Shown here piece by piece: positions 38,734-50,618 of a stretch of DNA of 63,244 nucleotides (its first letter is position 1; each line of letters opens with the position of its first letter). Origin of the DNA: Syncephalis fuscata S228 (taxonomy: Eukaryota > Fungi > Zoopagomycota); assembly GCA_025786725.1 (NCBI GenBank), contig JAHLTZ010000069.1:1-63244 (forward strand), in the 5' to 3' direction. The translations under genes were made by a program, and so were the position numbers. A model generated the notes under the pieces. It did not search any database. It was not told the DNA's origin and saw only the letters and a program-made list of their open reading frames with translations.

Positions 38734-40959
38734 AACTATATACAATCAAATTGCTATATCTATAACCATGTTCTATTTGCATCCAATAATGGCAATTATT
38801 ATCGAATAGTTAAATAACAAAAGACATGTACAATTATATTGTATTAGCCATAAGCATAGGATGGTATGAATATGGTAATGTTAAATGTGAATATTGTAGT
38901 AATGTATATTGGCAATAAAGCTGACTGTGCTTATTTGTAAATATACCATGGGTAGTAACAAATCTATCGCTATCATATGATGAAATGATATTATACTGGT
39001 TTGATATAAAAATATTTTTATTGTTGACAACCTAGCACTACATTGTGACAGCTAGCAACTTAATGGCTATCGTCTTGTTTACGCTTACTTCTATCACTTA
39101 AGCATTAGTGGCTACTAATTATTGTTTAATATAACATGAACCTGATGCTATTATAAAATAAGCAATAAATAATTCTTCTTTTATTATTGATTACCACAGT
39201 TAAGCTTTTAACAACTAAATAACACTTGTAATTAAAGCAGAGAAAGAATATATAACCAAATATTAGATATTTTATTATAATTCCAATAAAGCTAGTGTTT
39301 TATAGTAAATACTGTTGTTAATAGAATTTGACCTTGTTATATGATTGTCATATGTCAGTAATAACAAGTGTTTACTGGTTATGTCCTTGGGTAACTGTTT
39401 TCTGTTGCGGCTATTTATATGTTATCGTTAGCTGCTGTTCGATTACATGGTAGATGTCATGGATCAATCGCATGGTGAATAATCACGTGATCATAATACC
39501 GTAATTCAATACCGTAATGACATGCTGCTATTTTTATTGTCAAGTAAATTAAACAGATAACTGATGTTATAGCAATAAAACTGATATTTGATTAGTACAA
39601 TATCTGATATTGGATTACTACGCATTTACACATAGTATAAACTATATATTTTATAGTAAAAATGGTGTCAATACTATTTTACTATTTACTTTAGCTGTAT
39701 ATGCTTTTATGGAACAAACGGCTGATATAAATGATTCTGAATACGCATTTTAATATAATAGATAGATGTTTTCTTTTCTCCTGTTTAATAACTTAAAACA
39801 GCATGAAATTATTACTTATGATATTTAACTATATGAATTCTCATTTTAGCTGGTCAACGACCTCATGGGTAAACATTTGTTGACAATATCATCCGCTATT
39901 GTCTGATTTCTCCTCATTCGCTTACCCTCTCCTCAAATACTCCCCTTGTACAATCTAAAACATAACAGTATGTGTGCATTGTGCAGTTTTATTAAATGCT
40001 ATGCATAATGTTTTTTGTTTTCATGCGTTACTTTCGTTTAGCACTATCGTTCTAGCTGCATCATCAATAGTTGGATCGTTGATAAACTCAGTCTAACATG
40101 GTATGACGATAATGATTTGCTATAAGCTAAACAGTAAGCCTTTAAGCTGCTAATTGTTTTTCTATTGGTTTCTGCTTTGGTTTGTTCTTCTATGTTTTAT
40201 CTTGCTTGACTTGTCAAAGTTGGTTTTAGAAATGTGGACATCACAGGCCTTAGGTGATTACCGGCTGATATGCAATCCACAGCCACTATGCACTTGAGAT
40301 TACTGGTAATTGTTTATTGCTTTCTATTGGGTCTAGCTAGTGTCTGTATATTGCATTACGTGTAGTTTAGCCGATGCAATTTAGTCTACACCTGAAAACT
40401 GGTGACGAAAATGACCTGTTGGAATGTTTCATTGCTCAAAATGCTGTGATGCATCACCCTACAAATAGTACTTATTTTATAGTCAATTGCAAATAAATTT
40501 AGATGAGCCGCCATTTGAATGATGGTAGTTGCGCAGCATGTAGTATGGTATGCCTGGATGTGATGCATTGTGAATTCAAAGCAATGATTACCCCCATAAC
40601 AATGGGCATAGTGTTGAATGAAATGTATACATGTACCAATCAACACACTTTATAATTTAAGGAATTATAACTGGCCTATGTATAGCAGTAAAAATCGGTA
40701 TTAAATATCAGTTTGATACATTAAACTTGTTTTTGCCTCAGTGTTGTGTGCTATTCTGTATGCATGCAGATATTAAGGACTGAATCGGTAGAAATGGCAG
40801 TAAAGACTTCTTTATCGTTTTCACAAAGCCAAACAATATACCTCTTTTTACCAAATAGTTAGACCGTGTAACATAAAAATACAGACTAATATGCCTCTCT
40901 TTATCGCATATATACTGGATTATTATCAGTATTGTGTCATTCGTGTAAATGACTAGTAA

Positions 40960-41043
40960 ATTAAAGTAAAGACCGGGCAGGTTAAAATCAAGACTGGGCA
41001 GGTTGAAGTAAAAACCAGACAGGTTGAAACCAAGACTGAGAAG
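40960..41043. repeat. 4 x 21-bp degenerate tandem repeat
   Basis: ATTAAAGTAAAGACCGGGCAG / GTTAAAATCAAGACTGGGCAG / GTTGAAGTAAAAACCAGACAG / GTTGAAACCAAGACTGAGAAG. Confidence 0.8.
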
Positions 41044-41177
41044 CATTTTATCACACTCTGAATCTATTAATACACACGACCTCAAACCATTGTTTGAATT
41101 GCTTTATTGGTTCATACTACACATCAATGGTATATCTCGTATACTACAGCATACTAGCATTTCAACAAGATCATAAG

Positions 41178-41185
41178 TATAAATA
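41178..41185 (+). promoter_or_regulatory. Candidate TATA box of the micro-exon gene
   Basis: TATAAATA about 140 nt upstream of ATG 41323; weak evidence in AT-rich DNA. Confidence 0.4.
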
Positions 41186-41322
41186 GCCCACAAAATATGC
41201 ACATCCAGCTGCAATATCATCATTACACTCTATTTCTTGCTATACACACACTACTATCCACTCTATACCAACCACACTCTACTATCTCTTTTATTTGTTT
41301 GTCTTAACAAATCAATATCATC

Positions 41323-43683
41323 ATGAAACTTTCCATTGCCGTCGTTTGCACCATTGTCGTGGCTATTGTGGCCAGTACAGTCATGGTTGATGCTAACCCA
41401 GCCTTAGTTCGTCGTGCTAGTATGTTGCAGTAACAATAAATATGTTATACTATTATGCTTACTAACAGTACTGCTAACTAATAATTATAATAGGTCGTAA
41501 GTTGTATTTATATTAACTAATTATTTACTGATTATATGCCATGCACTGTGTTTATCAATAACTTAATAATAATAGGCGGTAAGTGATATTGTATATTGAT
41601 AGATTACACATTAATTCTATATCATGTATTATACATACCAACAACTTAATATTAGAGGAATGTAAGTTGCATTGTATATTAATCAATTACTTCCTAATTA
41701 CATGCTGCGCACTATGTGTATTAATGACTTAATACTAATAGGCGGTAAGTGATATTGTATATTAATGACATAAATTAATTATACCATGCATTATATGTAT
41801 CAACAACTTAATGCCATAGATGGTAAGGTGTATTGTGTATTAGATGATTATGTGCTAATTATATACTATGCATTGCATATATCAATTATTTAATACTAAT
41901 AGATTGTAAGTGATATTGCGTATTAATTGAGTATTAACTAATTATATATTATGTGTCGTGTATATTAAAAACTTAATATTAATAGGCAGTAAGTGGTATT
42001 GTATGTCGCTGACTCATAAATTAATTATGTACCATGTATTGTGTATATCAATAACTTAATATTAATAGGAGGTAAGTTATATTGTGTATCAATTGAGTAT
42101 TAGCTAATTATATATTATGTACCGTGTGTATTAAAAACTTAATATTAATAGCTAGTAAGTTGTATTTTATATAGACTAATTACTTCCTAATTATATTTAT
42201 ATACTGTGTGTATTAACTTAATGTTAATAGGATGTAAGTAGCATTGTATATTAACTGACTACTGACTAATTACGTATTGCGTATTGTGTGTATAAACAAC
42301 TTAATATTAATAGGCAGTAAGTTGTATTGTATATTAAATGACTATACATTAACCATGTTATTCACTGATTGTGCCAATTATTTAATATAAATAGGAAGTA
42401 AGTGGTATTGTGTATTAGCTGGCCATATATTAACTATGCTATTTACTGATTGTACCGATTATTTAATATAATAGAAGGTAAGTTGTATTGTATAATAACT
42501 GACTATATATTAACTATACTATTTAATATTAATAGCTGGTAAGTTGTATTGTGTATTAACTGGCCATACATTAACTATGCTATTTATTGATGGCATTAAT
42601 TATTTAATATTAATAGGAGGTAAGTTGTATTGTGTATTAACTTGCCATATATTAACTATGCCATTTATTGATGGTATTAATTATTTAATATTAATAGGAT
42701 GTAAGTGGTATTGTGTGTTAGTTAATTATATATTAACTATGCTATTTACTGATGGCATTAATTATTTAATATTAATAGTGTGTAAGTGACATTGTATATT
42801 AACTGACTACACGCTAATTATATACTATACACTGTATGCATTAACAACTTTATTAATAGTTTGTATGTGAATTTTTGTATTAACTGACTATGTACTAATC
42901 ACATGATATTTACTATGTATATCGACGACCTAACATTAATAGGCTGTAAGTTACATTATATGTCAACTGAAATGCACTAATCACATGCTATTTACTGATT
43001 GTGCCGATTATTTAATATTAATAGCTTGTAAGTGGTATTGTATATTAACTGACTATACACTAATCACATGCTATTTATTGATTGTACTAATTATTTAATA
43101 TTAATAGGGGGTAAGTGATGTTGTATATTAACTGGAATGCACTAATAACATGCTATTTGCTGATGGTATCAATTATTTAATATTAATAGCCAGTAAGTTG
43201 TATCGTGTATTAAATGACCACACACTAACTATATACTATATGTTGTATGCATTAACAACCTTATTGATAGATTGTATGTGAATTTTTGTATTAACTGACT
43301 ATGTACTAATCACATGCTATTTATTGATCATACCATTTATTTAATATTAATAGGCTGTAAGTAGTGTTGTATGTTAACTAACTGTGTATTAATTTTATAC
43401 CATGTACTGTGTGTATTAATGATTTAATGCCATAGGGAGTAAGTGGTATATGTATTAGCTGATTATGCACTAATTACGTGTCATGCACTGTATCCATCAA
43501 CAAATCAACATTAGAGGAATGTAAGTTATATTGTATATTAACTAATCATTAACTAATTATATGTTACTGATTGATTGTATCAATAACTTAATACTAATAG
43601 GCTGTAAGTAGCATTATATATTAACTGGCTATACGTTAATTATATGGTATATAATATTTTTATTTGTAAATACAGTTTTGTAA
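41323..43683 (+). CDS. Micro-exon gene (29 exons) encoding a 63-aa secreted six-cysteine peptide precursor
   Basis: Exon 1 41323-41419; micro-exons start at 41494, 41576, 41656 (6 nt), 41742, 41820, 41903, 41986, 42069, 42152, 42231, 42314, 42395, 42475, 42536, 42617, 42698, 42779, 42860, 42943, 43025, 43108, 43190, 43271, 43354, 43436, 43515 (6 nt), 43601; last coding exon 43676-43683. Each micro-exon is flanked by TAG and GTAAG/GTATG. The spliced CDS is 192 nt and ends in TAA. Confidence 0.88.
41494..43603 (+). repeat. ~82-bp tandem array of intron + micro-exon units
   Basis: Consensus GTAAGTtgTATTGTaTATTAACtgacta...cTAATta...ac/atTTAATATTAATAG-NNN; period 78-86 bp, with one 61-bp unit. 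Confidence 0.95.
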
Positions 43684-44054
43684 TTACCTTCAAGACATCA
43701 GCATTGGTAGTGCAATTAAACCACTATTCCAATACACTTTAGGTATATATTCGGCGAAAATCAAGACTATTTGACAACTACGCCGTCCAGTCTATTTATA
43801 TATCAAGTATTGACCAATGCTCCGGTTTATCCAGTCTTTAATCAATGAAATCACTATTTTACCAACAAGCCTGAATTTAGTTGCCCCTATTCAACTGTGC
43901 AAGCTTATAGTAATAAACTTATGGTTTTATCTTTAAAAAATTAACATTATCATCTATTATATTTTCTGCCAAATATTTACTACTATTTACTTTTACTACC
44001 GTATAATTATTGTCTATTTTGTTTGTTTGCTTATTTTGCTAAATTAATAATACT

Positions 44055-44520
44055 ATGAGGCTTTCTATTTCTGTCGTTTGCATCACCGCCGTGGTTTTTG
44101 TAGTCAATACAGTCATGTAGATGCTAGGTCAGTTTTAAATCACCGTGCTCCTCAAGGCTACCTATCTTAGCATTGGCTTAAGCAGTCTTTTGAATAAACT
44201 ACTAGCCTTTACCTTCATTTTATCAGACATTAACAGCCTGGGAAATTCGTCCTTGACGCTAAGCAGCGGGCGAAACAGTTTGCCAACCAATAACTGATGT
44301 ATTAAAAATACTAGTATTGATGGTGTTGTATGGCTGCTATTTTGATATTCTTTAGATGTATGTTTAATAAGAAGCAATGTTTTTTGACAATTGCCGTTTA
44401 GTCTACTCAATGCTCCAATTTATCCAACTTTAATTAATGGTGCTAATATATTACTAACAAACCTGTATCTAGTTGCATCTATTCAGCTATGCAGGCTTAA
44501 AGTAATAAACATTGTTTTCT
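44055..44520 (+). pseudogene. Diverged third copy of the peptide gene (signal exon plus 3' flank, no micro-exon array)
   Basis: MRLSISVVCITAVVFVVNTVM* then frameshifted DARSVLNHRA; 44409-44518 resembles the 3' flank 43816-43928. Confidence 0.75.
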
Positions 44521-44764
44521 TTAATTTTAAAAGTTTAATTTTTACCAATAAAAGTAATTTAAGCTTTGTAAATCGACAACAAAATGATATTTATTGATAG
44601 CCACACGCCTACATACGTATGTACATATATGTTCATATACATACACGGTATGTATGGCCATCTTACACAAATAAAAAGCGATTAGATGCACATCAAGATC
44701 CACTGTAATTATTAAACCATAAGAACTTGTTGCATGGCATAAACGTATTTCTACATCTACACAC

Positions 44765-46393
<1,629 letters not shown>

Positions 46394-47969
46394 CGTATAC
46401 AAACAAGATAAAGATGAAAAATAACAAAGAAAGAGTAAGTAGACAGTAAGGCGATAGATGAGTGGGTGGTGGTGGTGGTAATAGTAATAACAGATAAAAA
46501 AGAGGCTAATAGTGACGCGGCTCACTTATTCAGTTATTCATTCATTCATCCATTCGCTCATTTACTACGTTATCCATCATTGTTCATTCATCTGTTTACT
46601 CATTTTTATAGATCATATTCAATTTAGATTCGTTTAATTGTGATTCAGTAAGCCACTAAATCTAATTTATAGTAATCGGCCTCGACTGAAGTTGATTGGC
46701 AAATGTGTAATGATCGGCACTATCTACATGCATCACCCACCAAGGTAAACAGAGTGAACGAGCCGATGCCACATGTTCAAAGTCACGCGCTCATACATGG
46801 TAGCCGTACTCGGCCTGCAGCTCCCTTTTATGAATATTCTCCTTGGCTTTTTGGCATCTTCTGCTTTTATCCTTGTCCAACTAGCCTATTTGGCATAGAT
46901 ACAGCTAATTACAGAGCAAACATTATTACAGTAGATAAAGCCGGCGTTTATAGATTACTTGTAGGTTATCATAATGCATTCTTATGAACAAAAATCAATG
47001 CACCTATTGTTGAATCTTTGTTGCTATACACTGCTAACTGTGGCTGATCTATTCATCGATTTAATGACCTTTGCTGTTGGTCAAGACGCCATTGCTCCTC
47101 TAAAGTGGCCTGGCCTTGTAAATCGTTGTATTAATTCGGAGAGTTTGCTGTGTCCACTTCTACTTTTATCACTGCAACTGCTCCTGCCGCTGCAACTGGC
47201 GTGACCATGCGTGAACTAACCAGCATGGATCTTTATTAGGCATATTGCTCCTCCATATTCGCTATCTATCTACATGGCTCATTTTGCCTATACATTTTAA
47301 CGCTAGCTCATAGTAGCAGCAATTATACTCTACAACTTGGCACATCGAGTACTTACCGTATTCCATTGTTTGTTCTTATAATACGTTTTATTTAATAAAA
47401 TAGAATGATAAACACTAATTTAAAACAGCATTTTATCACAATTAATCTTTATTAAACATACCACTCCTTCATATTTACTAGCTACTAGCATGGCTCAACT
47501 GGCCATTAGCATCTATTGGCATGCACGCACGCACGCACCCATCCACCTTGTCATCCGTAGCAGCCAGCCCTCCTGCCACATGCTGGCTGTATGCCCCTTA
47601 TCACACTCATCCACTCAGTCAGTCGGTCACTCACATCACACTCACCCATCTAAAACCAAGGAGCCAGTGGAAAGATCACACTCACTCTAAGGGAAAAGCC
47701 AAACCACACGACTCGCACTTCGTGGCCACCTCGTTCTTTTCCTCGGCTCTTCGGATTACACTTTCATCTTTCTTTACTACGTTTTCCTTTTGTCGACGGC
47801 TTCATCTACGTATTTACACTCGTTCCTTTCTCACACCACCACCACCACACACTACTCCATCACCGCTTTCTACACACTTTAACTACGTATTGAAAACGTG
47901 GACTGTTTCATCTGTTGATCTTCATATACTTTCTCTGTGCTCTTTGCTGTTTACATCGACGTGGTGAAA

Positions 47970-49541
47970 ATGGCAGAACCGCAGCCTATTTGCCTGCCAC
48001 CAGCATATATTGAGCTGGTGGAAGAGTTATCGGCTATTATAGCTGCCACTCAACCAGATGACGTGTATCAGTTTTGTGCCAACTTTTTCCAACACAAATT
48101 AGAAGAACAGCGCGCTGAACTGGTTGCTATTGGTAAGTAGCACGAGCCTGGTCAAGTATTACGCGTTGTAACCATTTGTTTATTAGCCAAATCTGCTCAA
48201 GAAGCCGGATTCCAGTTTGTAGATGCTTCTGCCCACGATAACAATGCCGTTCATGCTGTCGACAGCAATGGCCATCCTACAGCTACCGATAGCAATATGA
48301 TGCTGTCCGAGACGGAAATCCACCATACGACTAACGGTCAAGCTATTCATGGTACGGCTGTAATGAATGCTGATATTCAACACAGCGATGACCATGGACA
48401 CAGTCGCCATCACCACGATGACGACGACGACGATGACGACGACGATGATGATGATGACGACGATGAAGAGGTAGACGATGAGATGTCGGATTCACTACCG
48501 CAAATGCAAGCAGCTGCCGCTGCACTTAATCGTGGTCGTCGTACATCAGTCAGCGCCGAATCTATGGTACCTAGTGCCGGTGATGATTTTGCCAAGATTG
48601 TCATTCCCAAGACTGAACAGCAGCGTGCACGTATTGAAGCATCGATTGCCAACAACTTTTTGTTTAAAAATCTTGACGAAGAACAGTACAAGGATGTCAT
48701 AGATGCAATGGCCGAAAAACGCGTAGCAAATGGCGAAATGGTTATCCAACAAGGCGGTGTTGGTGATTATTTCTATGTCGTTGAAATGGGCGCACTAGAT
48801 GTCTACGTCACGCGTGAAGGTGTTGCTAACGAGTCTGAAAATGGCAACAAAGTTCTTTCCTACAGCCCAGGCGGCAGTTTTGGTGAATTGGCCCTTATGT
48901 ACAATGCACCACGAGCAGCCACCATTATTGCCACCGATGACTGCGTGCTATGGGCCCTTGACCGCGTCACCTTCCGTCGCATTCTTATGGAACGTACCTC
49001 GCGTAAACGACGCATGTACGAACTATTCCTTGAAGAAGTGCCTTTACTCACTTCTCTGGAAGCATATGAACGTCACAAAATTGCGGATGCTTTAGAATCC
49101 GTTGTGTATAGTGAAGGACAGGTAGTAATTCAACAAGGTGACGTTGGTGAAAACTTTTATATCATTGAGGCAGGCGATGCCGGTGTTTGTCAAATAGACG
49201 AGGATGGTGTACGCCACGAATTACCTGGTCTTAGCAAGGGCGATTACTTTGGTGGTAAGTTTAATAATTAATATTGATATTAATAGATTATGATTATTAA
49301 TAACTAATTAATTAACTAATTTAATAATAATAATAATAATAACATTATTATAATCATTTATAATCATTTAGAATTGGCACTATTGAATAATAAGCCACGT
49401 GCAGCCACCATCTATGCCAAGGGCCGTCTCAAGTGTGCTACACTTAATAAGAAGGCATTCAACCGACTACTTGGACCCGTGGTCGATATTATCAAGCGCA
49501 ACACGGTGCAGTACAAGCGAAGCTCCAAGATTGCCCTTTAG
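47970..49541 (+). CDS. pkaR: cAMP-dependent protein kinase regulatory subunit
   Basis: RIIa-type D/D domain, inhibitor site RRTSVSAE, two cNMP-binding domains (FGELALMYNAPRAAT; FGELALLNNKPRAAT); poly-Asp linker. Confidence 0.95.
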
Positions 49542-49612
49542 TCCTAGAGTCAATGCCCTGAGTGATGCTATAGCGCGAGACTATCATTGTTGTCGCTGTA
49601 GCGGTTGTTAAC

Positions 49613-49635
49613 TGAGAGAGAGAGAGAGAGAGAGA
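49613..49635. repeat. (GA)n microsatellite
   Basis: GAGAGA... run. Confidence 0.9.
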
Positions 49636-50618
49636 AATGGGAGGGTGAAATAGAATGTGGAAAGTGTTAGATAGTTAGATAGAAACAATGATATAAGAGT
49701 GAAGAGAGTGAATAGAAGAAATAAGAGTAAAGTATTCAAGGGCATTACTCTAGTGAACTATGAGGGCAATGCCGTCCATCGTGCTTACATTTCCCCTTCT
49801 TTTCTTTTCTTTTTTGTAGGCCATTGTATGTACGCATCTTCTATCTACAGCTGTAGCCTGAGGTGCACTCTTCTTGGTTGATTACTGCTCTGCTGTTGCC
49901 ATTGCCATTTTCTTTTACCCAATCTATTATTATTTTTTGCCTATACTGTGTTGAACATGATCGATGGCCGTACACACACAGATATACACACACACACAAC
50001 AACACATACACACATATACACGCTCTCGTTTTTTTACACATACACATCGCGATATTGTTGTAGTAGATGTTTTCATTCATACACATACACATACACATAC
50101 ACACGCATACGCATACATTATTCCGCTTGTCTACTCATGTCATTAGAATTGTATTAATTTATGGCATGAGACAAAGGCAGTGGCAGCAGTGGCAGCATAT
50201 AAAGTCAAGCTAGGAACAATAGACTGGACCATTACAAGATACAAGACTATTCCCTCAAGATATCAAGAAGCAATGGTTTTAGTAATAGAGTTATTGTTGT
50301 AATAATAGCTGTTATGGCTATCATTATGACTACTATATTGCTATTACTGCTGCATCTACTCTTGATCGTAGGATTCCGACAAGACTTTTCCGCTGCCACT
50401 GCGCCTTTGTGACGTGTGCTTGTTTATAGCAAAGTTACAACTTGTAGACGATAGAACATCATAGCTATATTTAGATTTTATTAGACATATGAACAATTAT
50501 CTAAAGTTTTATCCACTTTATTAAACACAAACAAAAAAACAAACAAACAAACAGGCAGATAGATAGATAGATAGGCTAATAACCAAACAAACAAATAGCG
50601 ATATAAGCTTATTGGTTA

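Noticed and set aside
40738-41085. 115-aa minus-strand ORF with FNLPxL repeats
   Set aside because: Non-ATG start; the periodicity simply reflects the 21-bp repeat.
41461-41496. Alternative acceptor ACTAACAG at 41468 in intron 1
   Set aside because: It would make a 28-nt exon, shift to phase 2 and reach TGA within a few micro-exons.
41656-41661. 4-nt exon GAAT using the GAG acceptor (also at 43515)
   Set aside because: The upstream TAG is the first, YAG-type acceptor and keeps the frame; GAG would frameshift.
42544-42789. 81-aa repetitive ORF (MYCVLTGH...)
   Set aside because: Read-through of three 81-bp intron units, non-ATG start.
41494-43603. CRISPR array or plain satellite DNA
   Set aside because: Eukaryotic context, no cas genes, degenerate repeats and 3-nt spacers. 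Conserved splice signals and a coherent spliced ORF explain it better.
41494-43700. Phase-0 reading of the micro-exons (VARNAMIAELDAEKLEDC...), which is also stop-free
   Set aside because: The exon-1 donor GTATGT at 41420 fixes phase 1, which gives six Cys and an immediate stop. No donor giving phase 0 is apparent in the intact copy.
49841-50157. Overlapping ORFs rich in CM/CV/HT/YT
   Set aside because: Translations of (CA/TA) low-complexity 3' non-coding sequence.
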